Shown: positions 46,146-54,859 of the stretch, piece by piece
Layout of the letters: each line of letters starts with the position of its first letter
Numbering within the stretch: the first letter of the stretch is position 1
Source of the DNA: an uncultured Atopobium sp.
GTDB taxonomy: Bacteria > Actinomycetota > Coriobacteriia > Coriobacteriales > Atopobiaceae
Direction: 5' to 3'
Assembly (NCBI GenBank): GCA_902485095.1
Contig: CABTJC010000011.1
Coordinates: 197,564-261,563 of the forward strand
Length of the DNA stretch: 64,000 bases
Position numbers and translations under genes: made by a program
Notes under the pieces: generated by a model
Told to the model about the DNA's origin: nothing
The model's database searches: none
Seen by the model: only the letters and a program-made list of their open reading frames with translations

Positions 46146-46835
46146 GTGGCATATTCAGAGCTTGTTGAGTCACTTAAAGGAAAACTCATTGTCAGCGTCC
46201 AGGCGTATCCTGGTGAGCCTATGAGGCATCCAGAGACCATGGCTCAGATTGCTCGCGCTTGTGAGCTTGGCGGCGCTGCAGCTATTAGGTGCCAGGGTTT
46301 GTCTGACATCTCTGCCATTAAAGGTAGAGTTGAAATTCCTGTTATTGGCCTCTGGAAAGAGGGTCATGAGGGTGTCTACATTACTCCTACGCTTCGTCAT
46401 GCGCGTGCTTGTATTCACGCTGGCGCAGATGTTGTTGCCCTGGATGCAACAGACCGTCCAAGGCCAGATGGTAGAACCTTTGAAGAGACCGTTGCAGCTC
46501 TGCGCGCAGAGTCTGACGTGCTGATTATGGCTGACTGCATGACTATGGATGACATCCGTCGCGCTGTTGCCGCTGGTTGTGACCTCGTTTCAACTACGCT
46601 CTCTCACAACAAGGCTGCTATTGATACAACGCTTGACGATGGTCCTGACATTGCTCTTCTCAAGCAGGCAACCACTGAATTCCCAGGTATTGCCATTATT
46701 TGCGAGGGTCACGTCCACACACCACAAGACGCAAAAGATGCTCTGGATGCAGGCGCTTGGGCAGTTGTTTCAGGTACAGCCATTACACATCCAACTTCAA
46801 TTACCTCTTGGTTTGCTGCAGCACTTGAGGATTAA
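46146..46835 (+). CDS. nanE: N-acetylmannosamine-6-phosphate 2-epimerase
   Basis: NanE-like KLIVSVQAYPGEPMRHPETMAQIARACELGGAAAIRCQG. GTG at 46146 preceded by GAGGAG; the track start at 46092 is an in-frame extension. Confidence 0.78.
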   Translation: MAYSELVESLKGKLIVSVQAYPGEPMRHPETMAQIARACELGGAAAIRCQGLSDISAIKGRVEIPVIGLWKEGHEGVYITPTLRHARACIHAGADVVALDATDRPRPDGRTFEETVAALRAESDVLIMADCMTMDDIRRAVAAGCDLVSTTLSHNKAAIDTTLDDGPDIALLKQATTEFPGIAIICEGHVHTPQDAKDALDAGAWAVVSGTAITHPTSITSWFAAALED

Positions 46836-46881
46836 CGCTTGGAGCGGTAAGGTTTTCTCGTCACGTATTTAAGGAGCGCCT

Positions 46882-47799
46882 GTGAAGAAAAACGATCCTA
46901 CATCTTCAGTTATTCCCGACATTGTCATTATTACGGGTATGTCTGGATCGGGTCGTACGCAGGCGCTTCATGTGTTTGAGGACATGGGTTATTTCTGCAT
47001 TGATAACCTGCCACCAGCTCTTATTTTGCAGCTTTCTAACCTTGTGGGCATTAACACAGGTGTTGGCCGTCACTTGGCTGTTACTTGTGATTTGCGCTCG
47101 CAAGGTCTTTTTGATGACATCTCTGAAGCGCTGAGGTCACTTGCAGATCACGAGCTTACCTACAAGATTGTCTACCTGGATTCTTCAGATGAAGTGCTCA
47201 TGCGTCGCTATAGCGAGAACCGCCGTCGTCATCCTTTAGCGCAGGAGGGAGAAAATCTCTTATCTGCAATCTCTAGGGAACGCTCACAGCTTCAAGACAT
47301 AAAAGCGCTGGCAGATGTGGTCTTAGACACCTCGTCCATGCGTACTAATACATTAAAGAGTCGCCTTCGTCGCGCATTTTCAGAGCTTGCTGAACAGCAG
47401 CTCATGGATGTCAGCGTGTTTTCCTTTGGCTTCAAAAATGGTTTGCCTGTTGAGGCTGACCTTATGATTGACGTGCGCTTCCTGCCCAATCCTTACTATG
47501 ATCCAGAGCTCAGGCCACTTACCGGTCTTGATGAGCCAGTAGCTCAGTTTGTCCTTACGCATGGCACTACCAAGAAATTCCTTAAGTCTTGGTTTGAGCT
47601 GCTTGATGTGGTTATGCCTGGCTATGTTCAGGAAGGCAAGAGCTTGCTCTCTATTGCGGTAGGCTGCACGGGCGGCCAGCATAGAAGTGTTGCAATCGCA
47701 CGTGCTACTGCAGAGCATCTTACCAGCCAGGGATATCGCGTAACGCTGTTCCATCGCGATCTTGATGCGGCTCAGAAGAAGTCTCAGCAGGCTGAGTAG
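46882..47799 (+). CDS. rapZ: RNase adapter protein RapZ (YvcJ family P-loop protein)
   Basis: Walker A GMSGSGRTQA and C-terminal GCTGGQHRS motif; 305 aa. Confidence 0.88.
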   Translation: MKKNDPTSSVIPDIVIITGMSGSGRTQALHVFEDMGYFCIDNLPPALILQLSNLVGINTGVGRHLAVTCDLRSQGLFDDISEALRSLADHELTYKIVYLDSSDEVLMRRYSENRRRHPLAQEGENLLSAISRERSQLQDIKALADVVLDTSSMRTNTLKSRLRRAFSELAEQQLMDVSVFSFGFKNGLPVEADLMIDVRFLPNPYYDPELRPLTGLDEPVAQFVLTHGTTKKFLKSWFELLDVVMPGYVQEGKSLLSIAVGCTGGQHRSVAIARATAEHLTSQGYRVTLFHRDLDAAQKKSQQAE

Positions 47800-47812
47800 A
47801 AGTTAGTCTGTC

Positions 47813-48781
47813 ATGTCCTATACAGCCCTGGTAAAAAATGAGCTGGTTAGCGTACCAGAACTTCAGACGGAGTGTGAATTAGCACAGCTTTCTGCGCTTA
47901 TTCGTGTTTCTGGAACGTTGTCGATGCACGGCCCTGGTAAATTTGCCGTTCGCATTGTTACCGAGACTGGCACGGTTGCCCGTACCGTTATTAGTTCTTC
48001 TCGCCGTTTGTTTGATCTGGGTACTTCCGTTGAGTACCGCCGCTCTATCATGCATAAGAAACGCAACTATTTGCTTGAGATTTCTAACCAGGATTCGCTT
48101 GCAGAAGCACTTTCCGCTCTTGGCATTTACATACCGGGAGAAGGCCTGGTAAGCGGCATTCCAAAGAGTGTTATTCGCACCAAGCAGGCGCAGCGTGCTT
48201 TTTTGCGCGGAGCATTTATGGCGGGCGGATTTTTGGCTGATCCCTTAAAAGATTTTCACCTAGAGATTGCTGTCTCGGGTGAAAGATTTGCCTCTGAGCT
48301 GGTAAAACTTATGGGATCCATTGGCGTTAAGGCACGCCTTAATCATCGTAATCGCCATACCAACGCTCTGATGCGTACCAGAGAAATTTATGCCGTCTAC
48401 CTTAAGAGCTCTGACGACATCATCAAGTTTTTGCGAGAGATTGGTGCGCCCACCATGGCGCGCGCTATTGCATTTACGCGTGTGCAAAAGCATTATCGCA
48501 ACAACGTCAACCGAGTTGTCAACGCAGAGATGGCAAATCAAACACGCTCTTCAAATGCAGCGGCAGACCAGTTAGCGCTCATAGAAAAGGCCGAGAAACT
48601 CATTGGACTCAGAGCTCTGCCGCCAGCGGTCAGAGATTTTTGTCTTGCACGAAAAGATAACCCTGAGCTGTCATTATCAGCGTTGGGGGAGTCGTTTGTA
48701 CCACCCGTATCCAAGTCCGCCATGTATCACCGACTGCTTCGTTTGGAAAAAATCGTTCAGGATTTAGAAAAAGATGCATAA
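47813..48781 (+). CDS. whiA: Sporulation/cell-division transcription factor WhiA
   Basis: 322 aa; LAGLIDADG-like N-terminal domain and C-terminal HTH; starts 14 nt after rapZ. Confidence 0.88.
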   Translation: MSYTALVKNELVSVPELQTECELAQLSALIRVSGTLSMHGPGKFAVRIVTETGTVARTVISSSRRLFDLGTSVEYRRSIMHKKRNYLLEISNQDSLAEALSALGIYIPGEGLVSGIPKSVIRTKQAQRAFLRGAFMAGGFLADPLKDFHLEIAVSGERFASELVKLMGSIGVKARLNHRNRHTNALMRTREIYAVYLKSSDDIIKFLREIGAPTMARAIAFTRVQKHYRNNVNRVVNAEMANQTRSSNAAADQLALIEKAEKLIGLRALPPAVRDFCLARKDNPELSLSALGESFVPPVSKSAMYHRLLRLEKIVQDLEKDA

Positions 48782-48873
48782 GTTATCGGCGAGTGCGGTA
48801 AAATACTCGGTGTACGGTTTAAATGTTAATGAATCCGGAGAATGGCTCTGGGTCACCGAAAGGAGCATTACGT

Positions 48874-49899
48874 ATGGCAGTAAAGGTTGCTATTAACGGT
48901 TTTGGCCGCATTGGTCGCCTTGCATTTAGGCAGATGTTTGGTCACGAGGGTTCCGAGATTGTTGCAATCAACGACCTTACTTCTCCAGAGATGCTTGCAT
49001 ATCTTCTGAAGTATGACTCTACTCAGGGCAACTATTCCCGCGATCACAAGGTAGAGGCAACTGACCACTCCATCATCGTTGACGGTCACGAGATTGTTAT
49101 TTACAAGGAGGCAGACGCTAACAACCTGCCTTGGGGCGATCTCAACGTTGACGTTGTTCTTGAGTGCACCGGTTTCTACACTTCTAAGGACAAGGCACAG
49201 GCTCACATCAACGCTGGTGCTAAGAAGGTTGTCATTTCTGCTCCTGCAGGCAATGACCTCCCAACCATCGTCTTCAACGTTAACCATGAGACCCTCACTG
49301 CAGATGACAACATCATCTCCGCAGCTTCCTGCACCACCAACTGCCTTGCTCCTATGGCAAAGGGTCTCAACGACTTCGCAACTATCAAGTCCGGTATCAT
49401 GACCACCATTCACGCATACACTGGTGACCAGATGATCCTCGACGGCCCACAGCGCAAGGGTAACTTCCGTCGTTCCCGTGCTGGTGCAGAGAACATCGTT
49501 CCTAACTCCACCGGTGCTGCAAAGGCTATTGGTCTTGTTCTTCCTGAGCTCAACGGCAAGCTCATTGGTGCTGCTCAGCGCGTTCCTACGCCAACTGGCT
49601 CCCTCACCAACCTCTATGCTGTTGTTGACAAGAAGGTCACCGTTGACGAGGTCAACGCTGCAATGAAGGCATATGCAGAGACTATCCCAGAGACCTTTGG
49701 TTACAACGAGGATGACATCGTTTCCCGCGACATCGTCGGCGAGACCCACGGCTCCATCTTCGACGCAACTCAGACCATGTGCTCTGACCTTGGCGACGGC
49801 ACCACTCTTGTTCAGGTCACCTCTTGGTACGACAACGAGAACTCCTACACTTCTCAGATGGTCCGCACCATTAAGTACTTCGAGAAGTTCGTTGCTTAA
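48874..49899 (+). CDS. gap: Glyceraldehyde-3-phosphate dehydrogenase
   Basis: [11 protein letters not shown] motif, catalytic SCTTNCLAP. The ATG at 48874 follows RBS AAAGGAG; the track start at 48823 is an extension. Confidence 0.92.
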   Translation: MAVKVAINGFGRIGRLAFRQMFGHEGSEIVAINDLTSPEMLAYLLKYDSTQGNYSRDHKVEATDHSIIVDGHEIVIYKEADANNLPWGDLNVDVVLECTGFYTSKDKAQAHINAGAKKVVISAPAGNDLPTIVFNVNHETLTADDNIISAASCTTNCLAPMAKGLNDFATIKSGIMTTIHAYTGDQMILDGPQRKGNFRRSRAGAENIVPNSTGAAKAIGLVLPELNGKLIGAAQRVPTPTGSLTNLYAVVDKKVTVDEVNAAMKAYAETIPETFGYNEDDIVSRDIVGETHGSIFDATQTMCSDLGDGTTLVQVTSWYDNENSYTSQMVRTIKYFEKFVA

Positions 49900-49987
49900 G
49901 TTCTAGTTACATAGACGCCTTAGGCGCGGTCGCAGCATCTGCCGCGATCGCGCCTTCTTTTGTTGGAAACGTATTTAAAGGAGTGAC

Positions 49988-51178
49988 ATGGCTTTTACAA
50001 AGAAGACTGTCCGCGATGCAGATGTTGATGGTAAGCGCGTTCTTATGCGCGTTGACTTCAACGTGCCTCTGAAGGACGGCGTTGTTACTGACGACACCCG
50101 CGTTCGTGCTGCACTTCCAACCATCCAGTATCTTCTCGACCACAACGCAAAGGTCATCCTGATGAGCCACCTTGGCCGTCCAGATGGCACCGGCTTCCAG
50201 CCAGAGCTTTCCCTGCGCCCAGCTGCAGAGAAGCTTGCTGAGCTTCTTGGCCGCGAGGTTAAGTTTGTTGAGGACACCTATGGCGAGAAGGCCCGTGAGG
50301 CTGTAGACGCACTCAAGGACGGTGAGGTTCTTGTTCTTGAGAACGTCCGTTTTGACAAGCGTGAGAAGAAGAACGATCCAGAGATTGCAAAGACCCTTGC
50401 ATCTTATGGTGACGTCTTTGTTCTTGATGCATTTGGTACCGCTCACCGTGCACAGGGTTCTGTTGTGGGACCAGCAGCTTACCTTCCTGCATATGCTGGC
50501 TTCCTGCTTGAGAAAGAGGTTGACACTCTTACCTCTATCTTCTCTAACCCAGAGCGCCCACTTGTAGCTATCGTTGGTGGCTCCAAGGTTTCTTCTAAGA
50601 TTGGTGTTCTTGATCACCTTATCGACTCCGCTGATACCCTCATCATTGGTGGCGGTATGGCATACACCTTCTTCCTGGCTAAGGGTTATACCGTTGGTAC
50701 TTCTCTTCAGGAGCCAGACTGGATTGAGCGCGCAGGCGAGATGCTCAAGAAGGCTGAGGAGAAGGGCGTTAAGATTCTGCTTCCTGTTGACAACGTTGTT
50801 ACCGATCACTTTGGTGAGGACGCTGTTGGTGAGGTAGTTCCTTCCGATCAGATTCCTGCAGACCGCATGGGTATGGACATTGGTCCTAAGACCGTTGAGC
50901 TTTACTCTGAGGCTATCAAGGGCGCAAAGACCGTCTTCTGGAATGGTCCTATGGGCGTCTTTGAGTTTGATCAGTTTGCAAAGGGCACCGAGGCTGTTGC
51001 TCGTGCTGTTGCAGATGCTGATTGCACTTCCATTATCGGCGGCGGCGATTCCGTTGCAGCAGTTAACAAGTTCCACCTTGCTGACAAGATGAGCTGGATT
51101 TCCACTGGCGGCGGTGCTTCCATGGAGCTCGTTGAGGGTAAGGCACTTCCAGGAGTGGAGGCGCTTCTCGATGCGTAA
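49988..51178 (+). CDS. pgk: Phosphoglycerate kinase
   Basis: 396 aa with canonical PGK N-terminus (RVDFNVPL) and C-terminal nucleotide-binding region. Confidence 0.95.
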   Translation: MAFTKKTVRDADVDGKRVLMRVDFNVPLKDGVVTDDTRVRAALPTIQYLLDHNAKVILMSHLGRPDGTGFQPELSLRPAAEKLAELLGREVKFVEDTYGEKAREAVDALKDGEVLVLENVRFDKREKKNDPEIAKTLASYGDVFVLDAFGTAHRAQGSVVGPAAYLPAYAGFLLEKEVDTLTSIFSNPERPLVAIVGGSKVSSKIGVLDHLIDSADTLIIGGGMAYTFFLAKGYTVGTSLQEPDWIERAGEMLKKAEEKGVKILLPVDNVVTDHFGEDAVGEVVPSDQIPADRMGMDIGPKTVELYSEAIKGAKTVFWNGPMGVFEFDQFAKGTEAVARAVADADCTSIIGGGDSVAAVNKFHLADKMSWISTGGGASMELVEGKALPGVEALLDA

Positions 51179-51938
51179 TCGTATGATCGCAGGTAACTGG
51201 AAGATGAATGAGACTTTCGCTGAGGGTGTTGAGCTTGCTCAGGGAATTGTTGATCAGCTTGCTTCCGGTACCGGAAACGTTGATGTTGTTATTGCTCCAC
51301 CTCTTGTAGACCTTAAGGGTGTCTCTGAGGTTCTTTCTCAGGCCAACTCTTCTGTTGCTCTTTCTGCACAGAATGTGTACTGGGAGGAGTCTGGTGCCTT
51401 TACTGGTGAGACCTCTCCAGCAATGCTGACCTCTGTTGGTGCAACTTACTGCATCATTGGTCACTCCGAGCGTCGTGGCTACTTTGGCGAGACCGACGAG
51501 GACATTAACCGCAAGGCAAAGGCACTGATGGCTCATGACATCGTTCCTATTTCTTGCTGCGGTGAGTCACTTGAGGTTCGTAACGCCGGTACTCATGTTC
51601 AGTTTGTTGTTGACCAGATTAAGGAAGATACCAAGGGTCTAGAGATTACAGATCCTTCCAAGTACGTTATTGCTTATGAGCCAATCTGGGCAATTGGTAC
51701 TGGTATGACTGCAACTGCTGATGACGCTCAGGAAGTTTGTGGTGCAATCCGTAAGACCCTGGTAGAGATCTTTGGCGCAGAAATTGCAGACGGTATCCGT
51801 ATTCTTTACGGTGGCTCTGCAAAGCCAGAGAACGTTGGCGGCTTCCTCGAGAAAGAGGACGTTGACGGCGCACTTGTTGGCGGCGCATCGCTCAAGGCTG
51901 ATTCCTTCGTTGCAATGGTAAAGAGCGCAATGAACTAA
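51171..51938 (+). CDS. tpiA: Triosephosphate isomerase
   Basis: MRNRMIAGNWKMN N-terminus, AYEPIWAIGTG active-site loop; the ATG overlaps the pgk stop by 8 nt; the track start at 51114 is an in-frame extension inside pgk. Confidence 0.9.
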   Translation: MRNRMIAGNWKMNETFAEGVELAQGIVDQLASGTGNVDVVIAPPLVDLKGVSEVLSQANSSVALSAQNVYWEESGAFTGETSPAMLTSVGATYCIIGHSERRGYFGETDEDINRKAKALMAHDIVPISCCGESLEVRNAGTHVQFVVDQIKEDTKGLEITDPSKYVIAYEPIWAIGTGMTATADDAQEVCGAIRKTLVEIFGAEIADGIRILYGGSAKPENVGGFLEKEDVDGALVGGASLKADSFVAMVKSAMN

Positions 51939-52112
51939 ACTCTGACAAAGTTCCTTACCGCCGGTGAGGCGCTTGGCTCATTTGTTAAGTTCTTGTTTGT
52001 TTTGCAACTTGGCACACGTTATTCCCAAAGGGGAGTGGCGTGTGCTATTCTTTTCTGTTGTACGTGAAAATAACTAGGGCTGGATCTTCTCGCCAGCAAG
52101 AGGGGGAACCTC

Positions 52113-52364
52113 GTGGGCGTTCTGAATACAATTCTTTTAGTGCTGTTTGTACTTTCTGGCATTTTGACGGTGCTGCTTGTTTTGGCACACTCCGGAAAGG
52201 GCACCGGCGTTTCTGACATGATTGCTGCATCTATGTATAACGCAAGCGCTGGTTCAGGCATTATGGAGAAGAACCTTGATCGCCTTACCGTCATCACTAC
52301 AACCATCTTCTTGGTCTGTGCTATTGTGATGGCTTTGACGTTCCCTGTTGGCGCTATTGGCTAA
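52113..52364 (+). CDS. secG: Preprotein translocase subunit SecG
   Basis: 83 aa with two TM helices separated by a Gly-rich loop (GKGTGVSDMIAASMYNASAGSG). Confidence 0.8.
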   Translation: MGVLNTILLVLFVLSGILTVLLVLAHSGKGTGVSDMIAASMYNASAGSGIMEKNLDRLTVITTTIFLVCAIVMALTFPVGAIG

Positions 52365-52391
52365 GCAGTCGCTTGCATATTTGAATTACTT

Positions 52392-52425
52392 GCCGAGAAA
52401 CCCGAGTTTCTCGGCATTTTTTATT
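52392..52425 (+). terminator. rho-independent terminator after secG
   Basis: GCCGAGAAAC pairs with GTTTCTCGGC across loop CCGA, followed by ATTTTTTATT. Confidence 0.8.
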
Positions 52426-52788
52426 CGTAGCCTGCGGAGCATGTGAAAATTTGCTGTTGGGAATAACGGCAAAATGGTTGGATGCGACAGATAGTAGTTT
52501 TCTGTTACTTCTTAACAGAATTTTCAATAACGTTTCTCATATGTAAACAAATTTGATTGTGACCTGCACGCTGGACTCAAACAGTCATTATATGTGGATA
52601 CGTTTTACTGGGATTGGTATGCATAATCTTGTTTATCTAAGAGATATTTTTTGGGTTAAGCAGCTTATCCATGGTAAAATTGCACTTTGCTGTGTATTCA
52701 CGGCATGTTTGTTGTAGGAATGCTAGGTTGCCATACCGAGAAAACCTCGCTTATCGGGTGGATAAGCGCAAGGCGGTGAGGAGAGTCA

Positions 52789-53781
52789 ATGGCACGGTTT
52801 GTTTGGTACGTTACAAAGAGGATTTTGAGCTACATTGTGATGATTTTTGTTGCAACTTCGCTCACATTCTTCCTCGCATCATCATTTATGAACCCACGCT
52901 CCAACTTTGAGCAGCGTACTCCACGTCCTCCACAGGAGTCTATTGAGGAAAACCTGTATAGGACTAATCTGAATGATAAGACTCCAGTTATTGAACGTTA
53001 TCAGGTTTGGGTTACCAATCTATTTACCAAGTTTGATCTTGGTATGACTCCAACAGGCGATAATGTTAACCGTGAGATGAGCTCTAAGTTTATGGCTTCT
53101 ATTGAGCTTATGACTCCAGCAACTATTTTGTCTGTTGTTATTGGCGTTAGCCTGGGCGTTTATACTGCCCAGCGTCAGTATCAGTGGCAGGACCGCTTCT
53201 TAAGTGGTGTTGCTTCGGTTTTGCTGGTTATTCCAACCGTTGTTATGGCAATCTTGATTGTTTTTGCAGCAATCGAGATTAACGCACGTGCCGGTTCCCG
53301 TATTTTCTACGTTACCGATCTTTCCAGTGGAGATACCGGAAACTTCTTCACTTGGCTCATTGACTTCCTCCAGCACATTATTCTTCCAACCATTGTTCTT
53401 ACTATCGTAAGCTCCGTTGGTTACCACCTCTCTCAGCGTACGTACCTGCTTGACGAGATGCACGCAGACTATGTCCGTACTGCTCGCGCAAAGGGACTTA
53501 CTCGTAAGAAGGCAATTCGTAAGCACGCTCTTCGCGTTTCTTTGATTCCAACCGCTGTTTCAGTTGCTTTCTCTCTTGCAGGTATCTTCACAGGTGCTGT
53601 TATGACCGAGAAGGTCTTTGCAATTCACGGTCTTGGTGAATACTTCATTAACTGTATTAACAACAACAATATTCACGGTGCAGTTGCAGTTGCAGCATTC
53701 TCTGGCGCAATGACTCTTGTTGGCGCTCTTCTGGCTGACCTCTTTGCTGCTGCTCTTGATCCACGAATTAAGATGAGCTAA
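52789..53781 (+). CDS. ABC transporter permease (OppB/DppB-like)
   Basis: 330 aa; polytopic; loop motif YVRTARAKGL; RBS GAGGAGAG. Confidence 0.88.
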   Translation: MARFVWYVTKRILSYIVMIFVATSLTFFLASSFMNPRSNFEQRTPRPPQESIEENLYRTNLNDKTPVIERYQVWVTNLFTKFDLGMTPTGDNVNREMSSKFMASIELMTPATILSVVIGVSLGVYTAQRQYQWQDRFLSGVASVLLVIPTVVMAILIVFAAIEINARAGSRIFYVTDLSSGDTGNFFTWLIDFLQHIILPTIVLTIVSSVGYHLSQRTYLLDEMHADYVRTARAKGLTRKKAIRKHALRVSLIPTAVSVAFSLAGIFTGAVMTEKVFAIHGLGEYFINCINNNNIHGAVAVAAFSGAMTLVGALLADLFAAALDPRIKMS

Positions 53782-53791
53782 GGAGGCGGAC

Positions 53792-54859
53792 ATGTCTAAA
53801 GAAGAGCTTCAGAATAAAGACGAGAAAAACGTCTCCATTGATGCAGGTCTTACTAACGCTGAGCGTGAGCTTCAGGCAGATGCTAAGTCTGACAATAAAG
53901 AAGTTAAAAGAATTAGCTATGCTGGCCTGATTACAAGGCGTTTCTTCCGCCAGCGTTCTGCAGTAATCGGCTTGATTATTCTTGGAATTATGGTTCTCAT
54001 TGCAGTTTTTGGACCATATGCCACCCCATTTAATTACACAGATGCTGACTTTACTGCAATTAACATGGCTCCTAATGCAAAGCATTGGTTTGGTACTGAT
54101 GGTGCCGGTATTGATCTGTATGCTTGCGTTGTCCACGGTCTTGGTCGTTCTTTGACCATTGGTATTAGCTACGCAATCTTGACCACTATCATCTCTGCAA
54201 TTATTGGTACTGCCATTGCCTATGTCCGTGGTATTCCAGAGAAGATTGGTATGTGGCTTCTTGATATGCTCATGGTCATTCCTAGCTTCTTGCTGGTTGC
54301 TATGATTGTTCGAGCAGCAGGCGGTGAGTCTGGTTGGCTCATGCTTATATTTGGTCTGACTGCGTTTGGTTGGATTGGTCGCGCACGTACTATCCGTACC
54401 ATGGCTCTGTCTCTGCGTGAGAGAGATTACGTCAAGGCCGCTAAGTACATGGGTGTTCCACCATTTACCATCATTGTTCGTCACCTTATTCCAAACCTTG
54501 GTTCAATTCTTATTATTGACTTGGTCTTGGCTGTTATTGGTGGTATTAACTCTGAGACAGCATTCAGCTTCTTGGGTCTTGGTATTAAGGCACCAGATAC
54601 TTCCCTTGGTTACCTTCTGAGTGCTGGTTCTTCTGCAATGCTTACTACTCCATGGATGATTCTGATTCCATCGGCATTTCTGATCATTGTTTGTGTTGGC
54701 CTGCAGCTCATTGGCGATGGCCTTCGCGATGCCTTTGACCCTTATTCACGCGCTGCTGGTAGCGTCAAAGATCAGGAAGAGGATTCTTCCAAGGATGACG
54801 CTCAGCTCGGCGATCTTGAGGGTAGCATCGTTTCTGAAGAAACTACGGAGCGTGCATAA
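53792..54859 (+). CDS. ABC transporter permease (OppC/DppC-like)
   Basis: 355 aa; N-terminal ~60-aa charged cytoplasmic extension then a six-TM core. Confidence 0.88.
   Translation: MSKEELQNKDEKNVSIDAGLTNAERELQADAKSDNKEVKRISYAGLITRRFFRQRSAVIGLIILGIMVLIAVFGPYATPFNYTDADFTAINMAPNAKHWFGTDGAGIDLYACVVHGLGRSLTIGISYAILTTIISAIIGTAIAYVRGIPEKIGMWLLDMLMVIPSFLLVAMIVRAAGGESGWLMLIFGLTAFGWIGRARTIRTMALSLRERDYVKAAKYMGVPPFTIIVRHLIPNLGSILIIDLVLAVIGGINSETAFSFLGLGIKAPDTSLGYLLSAGSSAMLTTPWMILIPSAFLIIVCVGLQLIGDGLRDAFDPYSRAAGSVKDQEEDSSKDDAQLGDLEGSIVSEETTERA

Noticed and set aside
48868-51076. Long minus-strand ORFs (48868-49749 and 49907-51076)
   Set aside because: Antisense to gap and pgk, both unambiguous glycolytic genes.
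52671-52910. 79-aa plus ORF overlapping the permease start
   Set aside because: Out of frame with, and overlapping, the well-supported permease gene at 52789; lies in the promoter/leader region; no RBS.
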